A DNA stretch of 64,000 bases from Heterodontus francisci (Eukaryota). The stretch covers positions 19,994,173 to 20,058,172 of the forward strand of contig NC_090387.1 of NCBI RefSeq assembly GCF_036365525.1, written 5' to 3'. Each line of letters begins with the position of its first letter. The stretch's first letter is position 1. Made by a program: the position numbers and the translations under genes. Under the pieces are notes generated by a model. The model did not search any database. It worked only from the letters and a program-made list of their open reading frames with translations, and was not told the origin of the DNA. Below, piece after piece: positions 23,864 to 35,530 of this stretch.

Positions 23864-24884
23864 ACGCAATACACACATGCAGGTAGAGACAGAACAGAGC
23901 AGAAGAGATAAAGTGGAAAAGTTTGAGTCAATCTCTGAAGAGGGTCTTTGTTATGGATCTTCGAGCTTACTGTAGAATCCTTGATTGTTGGTAGATCTTG
24001 CTTTTTGTTGGGGCCCAGTATTCTTCTTAAACCTTGTTCACTGTAGGAGACCTTTCTCCCTTGGAGTTCATGTATCTTCAGTGGATTTGGAGGCGAGCCA
24101 GCCAGGAGAGGTCTTTACAATCCAGGAGCAAACAGACATTCTGAGTTCAAACTCTGTGGCTAGTTCAAAAAACCCAGGACCTGCCAGTTAGTCATGTGAC
24201 CAGCTGGTTTAACCAGTTTGTGGATTGTATCACATTAGCAGTCTCTGGAATGCTCCTCTTAAACACGATACCTGGTGATCAAAGTCCATTTTATGATAAG
24301 TGGAGAAGGGAAGTAACCTCTCTTGTCCCTATTGGTATGCAAATGTCCTCCATACAAGTCTGGCAGCCCTTCTAACAGGCCTTCTTTTCTTCTCAGCAAC
24401 AATTTGCAATTTAATGTCCATATGGAGAAATTAATATGCCTCATTCTTGGCAGGTGGGGGCCCAGAATGACACCTTGATGTTGCCTGTCAGCCAGTCAGC
24501 CCAAATTGCTGCCACCCATGTCGAGAGGGAGCTGTCCAAAGCCAGGTCTCAGAGCTGCTCAAGGTTGTCTTCCAAGGTCATCTTCAGTCTTCTCCACTGA
24601 AGTCTTCCACCAGCCATGCTGCAGCCACTGGGGTAGCACTGCATAGGAGCACTAGGACAGGCAAAGGCAGATGAAAGACAGACACTAAGGGAATGCACAA
24701 GAATGATTCATTGACATTTGTATGCAATATGGCATGCTTTGATTTATAAATCTGGTTTGAAATGCTTATTTTGTGTTGGCTTTTATATTTGCATTATGGC
24801 CAAGTGGATGCTGTGATGTTCAGTAACAGAGTGAAGGTAAGGTGTGAGACAGTTGGTGAATGGGGACTTTGGATGGTGTTTACT

Positions 24885-26200
24885 GGTATCACTGTTGGAT
24901 AAGTTGTTCACAGACAGCCAGCCAGAATGATACAGTCTAGGTTTCCTCCTTCATTTCTCTTGCTCTTCCTCCTCTTCCTCCTGCTCCTCAGCTGTTCACT
25001 CTATAGCTATGTCCACATGACGTTGAGGTTGTGCAGCTTACAGCAGACAACCACAAATCTTGACACTCAATCTGCCGAGTACTGCAGGGTTCCTTCAGAG
25101 CGGTCTTTAGTGTAATGTAATGTAGGGTTGTTTCTAGGCAGAATATGTAAATAGTCTGTGAGTGTTATCACAAGAAGTGATGTAACAGAATTTGTACAGA
25201 ACCTCGTGTAGAGTGAAACTGGAAGCTATAGATGTTAGATGCATGAAAATAAACTCCTGTTCCTATAGCCGTCAATCTCTCAGATATTCTGTTATAAGAC
25301 TAATCAGCATCAGACTATTACATGGTCCAGGTAGTGGAAGCATTGCTTCAGCACCCCAATGGTCTGCTCTACCACATTTTTGAGTGACAGCATGGCTTTC
25401 ATCGTATGCATGCTGCCCACTTGTAGGTGGGTTGCACACCGGAGTCATCAGCCATGTGGTCGGTTCTTAGTCCTTGTGGAGCAGTAGCCACTCTTTGGAT
25501 TGTCTTGGTGGCTCAAATGCAGATGGCACAGCAGACTGCTATAGAATGAAGGCATCATGACTGCTGCCAGGATGCCTGGCATTGACCCACATGGTTCATT
25601 GCGTATGGTTGCACAACAGCTGGACATTGAGGGAGTTGAATCTCTTTCGGTTACCATATATCTCAGAGCTGACATGCGATATCGCCAAAGTGATGTGCAT
25701 GCAGTCAATGGCACCCTGCAGTATGGGGAGGTCTGAAATCTTTGTGAAGCCCTATGCTCACTCTGTCTGTTCTCTCAAGAAAGAATGAAACTTAGTCAGC
25801 TCTCTTTGAATAGAGAGCTTTAGTGACCTCACTTATGCAACAGTGGATGGCAAACTGCAAGATGTTGCAATTATCTTTAGCTTCAAACTGGAAGGAGCCG
25901 TGCATAAAAATTCATTGTCATAGTCATCTTCACAGCAATTGACAATATGATTCTTGCCCTGCTCTGAGGTTGCAGTTATGGCTGTAGCAGGTGCCAGATT
26001 TCAGTGAGGACATGCTTATTGAAGCATTGATGTCTGACATACTGTTCCTCGCTGAGAATTATTTGCTGAACACACTGAAGGCTATGGCTTCCCGCTGAGA
26101 GACTTTCTCTCCATCCTCCTCCTTGTACTGCTCGGTGTGCCCTCTGCTGATTCTCCCATTCATGCTGTGGTCCAAGGGAAATGCCTACTACTGCATTCAT
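24885..26200 (-). pseudogene. Harbinger DDE transposase (HARBI1-like), decayed
   Basis: Minus strand reads MNAVVGISLG.., PILQGAIDCMHI, NRKRFNSLNVQLLC, HPGSSHDAFIL and GVLKQCFHYLD..SEGTLQY. Confidence 0.9.
25106..25322 (+). mobile_element. Short (~217 bp) solo-LTR-like insert in the transposase
   Basis: Flanked by CGGTC/TGGTC duplication; ends in TATTACA; contains AATAAA; the transposase sequence rejoins when it is removed. Confidence 0.7.
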
Positions 26201-26570
26201 GTCTGGGAGCAACTAGTTTGTGCAGAAGCTATGGAGTCAGGAGCAAGTCATTCAGCATCTGACGTGCAACTCTCTGTAGACTAGAAGGAACTCTAGAAAG
26301 CACCAAAGATGCTCTCACCAATATGACATATGGCACGACTAGCAACAGAAGTGTGTATGCCGCTGCGGTCGCCATTTTGGACTTCCAAGGCCACTTGTAT
26401 CGCCCCAAAAATAGGCGTTGCTCATCAGAAATTTGCACCGCTGTATATAGAAAGCTGAATTTCTCAACTAAAAGAGCTGCAGCTCACTTAGATCTTGACT
26501 CTAAGTATACAAACACCCATTGTTGAGCAATTACTTATACGTCCATATATATGTATATAGCACCAGACAT

Positions 26571-27980
26571 TTTTAAAAAAATTAATTCATGGGATGTGGG
26601 CGACGCTGGCCAGGCCAGCATTTATTGCCCATCCCTAATTCCCCTTGAGAAGGAGGTGGTGAGCTGTCTTCTTGAACCGCTGCAGTCCATTTGGGGTAGG
26701 TATACCCACAGTGCTGTTAGGAAGGGAGTTCCAGGATTTTGACCCAGCGTCAGTGAAGGAACGGCGATATAGTTCCAAGTCAGGATGGTGTGTGACTTGG
26801 AGGGGAACTTGCAGGTGGTGGTGTTCCCATGTATTTGCTGCCCTTGTCCTTATAGTTGGTAGAGGTCGTGGGTTTGGATGGTGTTGTCTAAGGAGCCTTG
26901 GTGCATTGCTGCAGTGCATCTTGTAGATGGTACACACTGCTGCCACTGTGCGTCGGTGGTGGAGGGAGTGAATGTTTGTAGATGGGGTGCCGATCAAGTG
27001 GGCTGTTTTGTCCTGGATGGTGTCGAGCTTCTTGAGTGTTGTTGGAGCTGCACCCATCCAGGCAAGTGGAGAGTATTCCATCTCACTCCTAACTTGTGCC
27101 TTGTAGATGGTGGACAGGCTTTGGGGAGTCAGGAGGTGAGTTAATCGCTGCAGGATTCCTAGCCTCTGACCTGCTCTTGTAGCAATGGTATTTATATGGC
27201 TACTCCAGTTCAGTTTCTGGTCAATGGTAACCCCTAGGATGTTGATAGTGGGGGATTCAGCGATGGTAATGCTGTTGAATGTCAAGGGGAGATGGTTAGA
27301 TTCTCTCTTGTTGGAGATGGTCATTGCCTGGCACTTGTGTGGCGCGAATGTTACTTGCCACTTATCAGCCCAAGCCTGGATATTGTCCAGGTCTTGCTGC
27401 ATTTCTACACGGACTGCTTCAGTATTTGAGGAGTCACGAATGGTGCTGAACATTGTGCAATCATCCGCGAACATCCCCACTTCAGACCTTATGATTGAAG
27501 GAAGGTCATTGATGAAGCAGCTGAAGATGGTTGGGCCTAGGACACTACCCTGAGGAACTCCTGCAGTGATGTCCTGGAGCTCAGATGATTGACCTCTAAC
27601 AACCACAACCATCTTCCTTTGCGCTAGGTATGACTCCAGCCAGCGGAGTGTTTTCCCCCTGATTCCCATTGACCTCAGTTTTGCTAGGGCTCCTTGATGC
27701 CATACTCGGTCAAATGCTGCCTTGATGTCAAGGGCAGTCACTCTCACCTCACTTCTTGAATTCAGCTCTTTTGTCCATGTTTGAACCAAGGCTGTAATGA
27801 GGGCAGGAGCTGAGTGGCCCTGGCGGAACCCAAACTGAGCGTCACTGAGCATGTTATTGCAAAGCAAGTGCTGCTTGATGGCACTGTTGATGACACCTTC
27901 CATCACTTTACTGATGACAGAGAGTAGGCTGATGGGGTGGTAATTAGCCAGGTTGGATTTGTCCTGCTTTTTGTGTACAC
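26571..27980 (-). mobile_element. Young LINE family A copy with an uninterrupted RT to C-terminal frame
   Basis: ORF 26635-28011 (458 aa), stop-free from HKKQDKSN to LLKGN, with GMFADD. Confidence 0.95.
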
Positions 27981-29772
27981 AACATAAGACAACATAAGAA
28001 ATAGGAGCCAAAGTAGATTATACAGCCCGTTGAGCCTGCTCCACCATTCAATATGATCATGGCTGATCTTGTCCTTCTACTCCACTTTCCCGAATGGTCC
28101 CCATATCTCTTGTTCCTTGAGAGACCAAAAGTCTGTCTCTCTCAGCCTTAAATATATTGAGTGCTGGCATATCCACAGACCTCTGGGTTAGAGAATTCCA
28201 AAGATTCACAACCCTTTGAGTGACGAAATTTCTCCTCATCTCAGTCCTAAATAATTGGCCCCGTATCCTGAAATGGTGCCCCTTTGTTCCAGATTCCCCA
28301 GCCAGGGGAAACAATGTCTCAGCATCTACCCTGCCAAGCCCCTTCATAATTTTGAATGTTTCAATGAGATCACCTCTCATTCTTCTAAATTCCATAGAAT
28401 ATAGACCCAATTTACTCAGCCTCCCATCGTCGGACAACTCTGTCATCTCAGGGACAAATCTAGTGAACCTTTGCTGTCCAGCCCCCAATACAAATATATC
28501 TTTCCTGAAATATGGAGATCAAAATTTCACACAGTATTCCAGATGTGGTCTCATTGTAGGAAAGCTTTTTTATTCTTGTACTTCAATCCACTTGCAATAA
28601 AGGCCAACATGCCATTTGCTTCCCTAATTGTTTGCTGTACCTGCATGCTAACTTTTTGTGTTCCTTGTACAAGTATACCCAAGTGTCTATGAGCATCAAC
28701 ATTTACAAGTTTCATGCCTTTTAAAAAATATTCTGCTTTTCTATTCTTACGACTATTCTTACATTCCCCCACATTATACTCCATCTGCCATCTTGTTGCC
28801 CACTCACTTAACCTGTCTATATCCTTTTGCAGCCTCTATGTGTCCTCCTTACCACTTGCATTCCCACCGAGCCTTGTATTCTCAGCAAACTTGGATAAAT
28901 TACCCTCTGTATCTTCGTCTAAGTCATACCATAGATGGTAAATATCGGAGGCCCCAGCACTGATCCTTGCGGCACTCCTCTAGTCACAGTCTGCCAACTT
29001 GAAAATGCCCCATTTATCCCTACTCTCTGTCCATTAACCAATCCTCTATCCGTGCTAATATATATTAACCTCAACTCCATGAGCCCTTAGCCCTTATCTT
29101 GTGTATTAACCTTTTGTGTAGTGCCTTATTGAATGCCTTTTGGAAAATCCAAGTACATTACATCTACTGATTCCCCTTTATCTACCCCACTAGTTACATC
29201 ATCAAAAAACTCTCTAATGAATTTGTCAAACAGGATTTCCCTTTCGTGGGTTCTCATCATACAATGCTTTTCTAAGTGCATTGTTAAGACTTCCTTAACA
29301 ATAGATTCCAGAACTTTCCTGACAACTGCTATTAAGCTAGTTCTGTGGTTCCCTGTTTTCTCTCTTCCTCCTTTCTTGAATAGTGGTGTTACATTTGCTA
29401 ACTTCCAATCTGCTGGGACTGTTCCAGAATCTAGGGAGTTTTGGAAAGTCATAGCCAGTGCATCCACTATCTTTGCAAGTGTCTCTGTTAGAACCCTAGG
29501 ATGTAGGCTGTCAGGTCCTGGGGATTTGTTAGATTTTAGTCCCATGAGTTTCTCCAGTACTTTAACTCTGCTGAAATTAATTACCTTAATTTTCACACTC
29601 TTATTAGCCCCCAGATTATCCTCTATTCCTGGTATGTAACTTGTGTCTTCTACTCTGAAGACAGACACAAAATATTTGTTCAATGTCTTTGCCATTTCTT
29701 CATTCCCTTTGATAATTTCTCCTGTCTCTACCTCCAAGGGACCAACGTTTAGCTACTATTTTCCTTTTTACC
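27981..29772 (-). mobile_element. CR1 family B, 5'-truncated
   Basis: KSPGPDSLHPRVL, YLDF, EFRRMRGDLIETFKI; AACATAAG tail repeat at the left end. Confidence 0.93.
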
Positions 29773-30640
29773 TTCTCAAAGGTAATAATCTCCGAATTAT
29801 TACCTGAGTCACGTGCAAATTGGTATAGGGTAAATAAGATTAGAGAGATGAATGCATGGCTCAAAGACTGATGTGGGAGAAGTGGGTTCCAGTTTGTTGG
29901 GCACTGGCACCAGTACTGGGCAAAGTGGAGGCTGTACCATTGGGACAGACTTCACCTGAACCATGCTGGAACCAGTGTTCTAAGAGTCATATAACTAGGG
30001 AAGTAGAGAGGGCTTTAAACTAAAGAATGGGGGGAAGACAGTAGGGCAGGAAGGCAGGAAGGGACCGTGATTGCAAACTTAATAGTGTGCCAACAGATAG
30101 GGCCAGAGTTTACAAAAACAGGAAAAAAAACTGAATTAAGGGCTCTGTATCTGAAATCCCAATAAAACAGATGAATTGTCAGCTCAAATACAAATTAATA
30201 TGTATGGCCTGATAGCCATTACAGAGACATGGCAACAAGGAAACCAAAGATGGGACCTGAATATCCAGGGGTACGTGGCATTCAGGATGGACAGGAAGCT
30301 GGGAAAGGGTGGTGGGTAGCTCTGTTAATTAAGGAGGGCATTAGTACTGTAGTGAGAGGTGATCTTAGTTCTAAATGTCAAGACGTAGAATCAGTTTGGG
30401 TGTAACTAAGAAACAGTAAGGGGCAGAAAACGTGGTCAAAGTTGGTTATAGGCCACCAAACACCAGTGGAAAGGTAAATCACAGTATAAATCAGGAAATT
30501 AGAGTTGCATATAACAATGGTAATACAGTAATCATGGGGGATTTCAATCTACATATAGACTGGGTAAACTTTATTATACTAATGTTGTGGAGGATGAATT
30601 CTTGGAATGTATGCGAGATGGTTTTCTAGAGCAGTATGTT

Positions 30641-30720
30641 TTTTTTTAATTCATTCATGGGATGTGGGAATTTCTGGCCAAGCCAACATTTATTGCCCAT
30701 CCCTAATTGCCCTTGAGAAG
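30641..30720 (-). mobile_element. 80-bp extreme 3' fragment of LINE family A
   Basis: TTCATTCATGGGATGTGG..ATTTATTGCCCATCCCTAATTGCCCTTGAGAAG; GTT is duplicated at 30638-30640 and 30721-30723. Confidence 0.85.
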
Positions 30721-30928
30721 GTTGAGGAACCAACTAGGCAACAGGCTATTTTAGATCTAGTAATATGCAATGAAAAAGGGCTAATTAATAATCTTCTTGT
30801 AAAGGAGCTTTTAGGAAAGAGTGACTATAATATGATAGAATTTTACATTATATTTGGAAGTGATGTAGTTCAATCAGAAACTAGGGTCTTAAATCTAAGC
30901 AAAGGAAACTATGAAGGTATGAGGTGCA

Positions 30929-31997
30929 AGAACAAAGAACAAAGAAAATTACAGCACAGGAACAGGCCCTTCAGCCCTCCAAGCCTACGCCGATCCAAAT
31001 CCTCTATCTAAACCTGTCGCCTATTTTCTAAGGGTCTGTATCTCTTTACTTCCTGCCCATTCATGTATCTGTCTAGATACATCTTAAAAGACGCTATCGT
31101 GCCCGCATCTACCACCTCCACTGGCAATGCGTTCCAGGCACCCACCACCCTCTGCGTAAAGAACTTTCCACGCATATCCCCCTAAACTTTTCCCCTTTCA
31201 CTTTGAACTCGTGTCCCCTTGTAATTGAATCCCCCACTCTGGGAAAAAGCTTCTTGCTATCCACCCTGTCTATACCTCTCATGATTTTGTACACCTCAAT
31301 CAGGTCCCCCCTCAACCTCCGTCTTTCTAATGAAAATAATCCTAATCTACTCAACCTCTCTTCATAGCTAGCGCCCTCCATACCAGGCAACATCCTGGTG
31401 AACCTCCTCTGCACCCTCTCCAAAGCATCCACATCCTTTTGGTAATGTGGCGACCAGAACTGCACGCAGTATTCCAAATGTGGCCGAACCAGTCTTATAC
31501 AACTGTAACATGACCTGCCAACTCTTGTACTCAATACCCCGTCCGATGAAGGAAAGCATGCCGTATGCCTTCTTGACCACTCTATTGACCTGCGTTGCCA
31601 CCTTCAGGGAACAATGGACCTGAACACCCAAATCTCTCTGTACATCAATTTTCCCCAGGACTTTTCCATTTACTGTATAGTTCACTCTTGAATTGGATCT
31701 TCCAAAATGCATCACCTCGCATTTGCCCTGATTGAACTCCATCTGCCATTTCTCTGCCCAACTCTCCAGTCTATCTATATTCTGCTGTATTCCCTGACAG
31801 TCCCCTTCACTATCTGCTACTCCACCAATCTTAGTGTCGTTGCTAATCAGACCACCTATATTTTCCTCCAAATCATTTATGTATATCACAAACAACAGTG
31901 GTCCCAGCACAGATCCCTGTGGAACACCACTGGTGACACGTCTCCATTTTGAGAAACTCCCTTCCACTGCTACTCTCTGTCTCCTGTTGCCCAGCCA
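30929..31997 (-). mobile_element. CR1 (HER1-like subfamily), 5'-truncated
   Basis: GVPQGSVLGPLLFVIYINDL and LERRRLRGDLIEVYKI; AACAAAG tail repeat. Confidence 0.92.
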
Positions 31998-32725
31998 GTC
32001 ATGGCGGGGAGGTCCGTCAAATGCTAGCAGGAGTGGCCCGCCACGACCCACAATGCTGAGAAGGCCCTGCCATATATTAGCAGCAGCGGTGAGGCCTCGA
32101 TGCGGCCCCCCTGCGGCTTGGCAGCGAGGCCTTCATTAAAATATTAAAATTAGATAAATTAACTTACCTGCCGCCGCCAGCTGTCCCATGACGATTTTGC
32201 GGCCAGCCGGCCGCAACTTGCGCACCTTCAGAACTCCGTTGGAGTTCCGAGGCAAGACACTGGTGGGGAGGAAAGAGGAATAAACTTATCAGGACGGGAG
32301 GGAAGGGAGTGGGGGAAAGCTATTCCTATTGGTTGTGGGGATGGTGGGAAGGGGTTGAGGGTCAAAGATACTGAAGTTCAGTGGTGAAAATTCGGAATTT
32401 CAAAAAATACTTTTCTGGGGAAATAGGTCAATTTATGTATTGAGGACTCAGTGGAGGGTGGGGGGGGGGGGAGGGGGTGGTAGAGGGGATTCAAAGTTAA
32501 TTTAAACTTTTATTGACTTTTTTATGACACTGGCAACTTTAAATATTTAAATCTCTCCTGAAGGGCTTGAAACCCTTTAAAAATGGCGCCGGCCATTGTG
32601 CACCATCAGGGGTGACTATTCCGCCCCCTCCATTTAAATGAGGCCCCGCGCCTAATATCGCGGGTGCTATGCGGCAGCACTTCCGTGTTGGAAGGCCACC
32701 GACTTCACAGCGCACCACCGCCCAT
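31998..32725. mobile_element. Harbinger-type MITE interior (termini not found)
   Basis: GC/CpG-rich imperfectly inverted arms around a G/A-rich core, in the style of the 13472 and 14693 elements. Confidence 0.55.
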
Positions 32726-34245
32726 AGTTTACAATAAAAATACATTCCTTTAATGTACAAAAACCCAAAAAGGAAAATGTTCCGACTGTGGCTAACAAAA
32801 GAAATCAAGGATTGTATTGGAGCAAAGGAGGAGGCGTATGAAGTTGCCAAAAAAAATGGTAAGCCTGAGGATTGGGAGCATTTCAGAATTCTGCAAAGGA
32901 GGACCAAGAAAAAGATTAAGAAAGGGAAAGTAGAATAAGAGAGTAAACTAGCGAGAAACATAAAAAGGGACTATAAAAGCTTCCATAGGTAGGTAAAAAG
33001 GAAAAGATTAGCAAAGGCATTTGTGGGTCCATTACAAGCGGAGTCAGGAGAATTTATAATGGGGAATAAGGAAATGGCAGACAAACTAAACAAATACTTT
33101 GTGTCTGTCTTCAAGGAGGAAACTACAAAAATCTCCTAGAAATAATAGAGAATCAAGGGACTAGTGCAAATGAGGAACTGCAAGGTATTAATAGCAGTGA
33201 AAAAAGTACTGGAGAAATTAATGGGGCTTCAAGTACATAAATCCCCTGGACCTGATGAACTACATCCCAGAGTGTTGAAAGAGGTGGCCGTAGAGATAGT
33301 AGATGCATTGGTGGTCATCTTTCAAAATTCTATAGATGATGGAATGGTTTCCATAGAGCGGAAGGTGGCAATTGTAACCCCACTATTTAAGAAAGCAGGG
33401 AGAGAGAAAACAGGGAACTACAGACCTGTTAGCCTAACATCAGTTGTAGGGAAAGTACTAGAATCTATATTAAAGGATGTGATAACAGGACACTTAGAAA
33501 ATAATGGTAGGATTGGGCTGAGTCAACGTGGATTTATGAAAGAGAAATCATGTTTAACAAACATGTCGGAGTTTTTTGAGAATGTATAGCAGAATAGATA
33601 AGGGGGAATCGATGGATTTGGTACATTTAGATTTTCAGAAAGCTTTTGAGAAGGTCCCACACAAGAGGTTAGCAAACGAAATTAGAGCACATGGGATTGG
33701 GGGGAATATACTGGCGTGAATTGAGAACTGGTTAACTGACAGAAAATGGAGAGTAGGAATAAATGGGTCATTTTCAGATTGGAAGTCTGTGACTAGTGGG
33801 GTACTGCAAGGATCAGTGCTTGGTTCCAGCTATTCATGTTCTATATCAATGATTTGGATGTGGGGTCCAAATGTAATTGTTACGACCTGGTGAGAAGGGG
33901 TCTAGGGGTTCCCTCTCAGCCTTTGCCTGGTTTAACCGTGACAGGGTTTAATTTTAAAACACCGGGCTGAATTTTATTGGGGTGCCGCTGTTCGCGGGGC
34001 ACCCACAATTGCCGGCCGACGCAGAGCCCCCGTGATATTAATCACTGGGGCTCATTAGAATCACGGCGCCGAGCTACTCTCCCCGTATTACGCTGGGTGA
34101 AGCAGGACATTCGGCGCAGTGAGAGAGTCTTTGACAGCTGTGCAGCAGGCACTGGGGCCCTACTTTAAGCGCTCCAGCACCTGCTTCCTGACAGCTGTCA
34201 AAAAAATACTTACCTGACTGCTGAAGAGTGGGGCTGCTGTCAATC

Positions 34246-34409
34246 TGGCAGCAAAGCAGAAAGTCCTGAAGAAATTCAGTAGGTCAGGCAGCATCTGTGG
34301 AGAGAGAAGCAGAGTTAACTTGTCCAAGTTCACAGGCCTGAAAGTTGACTCTGCTTCTCTCTCTACAGATGCTGCCTGACCTGACCCGGCACTTTCTGCT
34401 TTGCTGCCA
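34246..34409. repeat. Penelope pseudo-LTR-derived hairpin
   Basis: 19-bp perfect outer arms and 41-bp inner arms (34281-34321 and 34342-34382) with 2 mismatches. Confidence 0.85.
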
Positions 34410-35319
34410 CAGACTTACCCTGCTGAGTCCCAGTGTGCTGTGAAGTTATGATCCTCTTGTCCCATTCAACTGTAACATTCCTTCTTGTAAGCATGCTGCA
34501 CCTGGGTGAATAATCTTAATTTTGCACATTCCAGGATGTGATACTTAAATAGACCATAAAAGGTATTACAGAGGTGTACAGAGAGCACACTGACACAAAT
34601 GGGAATGCATGGGTGTCACAGCAATGTAAATACGTCTTTCACTAAATGTTCCTCACCAACATGTGTATCCTTTTCCGAGCCCATGGGCTGCAGATCATCC
34701 TTGAGCAGGGCACAGAGACGTGTCACCACCCTCTCTATATGCGCAATGTCCTCTGACACTGGTGCTCTGACATCCAATGGCATGTCATATGGGGCCTGTA
34801 GATGCACGGCAACTGTAATGGCAGGATCCCCTTTGGGGCTGCTGCTCACGACCGGGGTCCTCTACGTGGATCGCACCTGCCTGTTGGTATTGCCTCTGGT
34901 GCATACAGATCCTCACATGTAGAGGATCACACAGTGTAGGGTGAGCCATACCTATTTCCATGTGATAAATAAAGTTGAACCCTGCATGTATTCGAAGATT
35001 CCTAACAGGACATGGATTGGTGTTGACGGGTACATCAGCTGCTTTCCTGGATCAACTATGTGGCGTGCCATGGTATTGCCCATCTTGGCCAACATTCAGA
35101 GTGGCACAGCATCCACATCAAGATCCTACCAGCTGAATTGATTACCCCCATCATCCATAAAACCTTAATGTTCCTGCCCTTTCTGGCACCCTCCCCACAC
35201 ACAGGGTGCCTAGTTTGCCATTGCCCCCTCACAAACACAGAGCGTACACTGTTAACAGAGGGATGGTACACGGTACCTCCCTTCATGCCAGCACAGTTTT
35301 CCGTCCAGTAATCCCAAAC

Positions 35320-35530
35320 TCCCTCCCTTTCAGAATGCAGAGTGTGACCCCTGCATATCCCCCTCCCTCCTCCCTTCCAGAATGCAGAGTTAGACCCCTG
35401 CATATCCCCCCTTCCTTTAAGAATGCAGAGTTAGACCCCTGTGTATCCCCCCTCCCTCCTCCCTGTCAGAATGCAGAGTTAGACTCCTGTGTATACCCCC
35501 TCCCTCCTCCCTTCCGTTATGCAGAGTGAG
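35320..35530. repeat. Minisatellite, about 5 units of 41-48 bp
   Basis: Unit is approximately CAGAATGCAGAGTTAGACCCCTGYRTATCCCCCTCCCTCCTCCCTTC. Confidence 0.9.

Larger units (their letters stand above)
19509..24472 (-). mobile_element. Solo LTR (~860 bp) split by two LINE insertions
   Basis: TGTTACGAC...GAATGACA; CCTT TSD at 19505-19508 and 24473-24476; pieces at 19509-19555, ~22365-22575 and ~23864-24472 are collinear with the copy at 33878. Confidence 0.9.
18014..24700 (+). pseudogene. Harbinger Myb/SANT-like DNA-binding gene (NAIF1-like), three exons, decayed and interrupted
   Basis: Exon 1 at 18014-18252 reads RAPRFCDAALE..RRQWDQLAKEVNAWSQVSRTWMQCRKKFNDL; GT at 18253; acceptors CTCTTGCAG (exon 2 starts 18523) and CTTTTCAG (exon 3 starts 18829). 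The 3' end is approximate. Confidence 0.8.
17635..26468. mobile_element. Decayed two-gene PIF/Harbinger transposon (~3.6 kb after removing nested inserts)
   Basis: Imperfect ends GGTGAGAAAT and ATTTCTCAAC; Myb/SANT gene on + and DDE transposase on -, convergent; the sequence is continuous across the LTR insertion at 19509-24472. Confidence 0.85.

Noticed and set aside
26635-28011. 458-aa ORF as a host gene or retron-like RT system
   Set aside because: It is a 5'-truncated LINE ORF2, and its first codons come from the tail of the adjacent CR1.
27981-30928. Head-to-head CR1 junction at ~29772 as a twin-priming 5' inversion
   Set aside because: The plus-strand CR1 continues through RT to its own 3' tail at 37400, so these are two independent elements.
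35320-35530. CRISPR-like array
   Set aside because: The inter-repeat segments are themselves repeats (a tandem minisatellite), and the context is eukaryotic with no cas genes.
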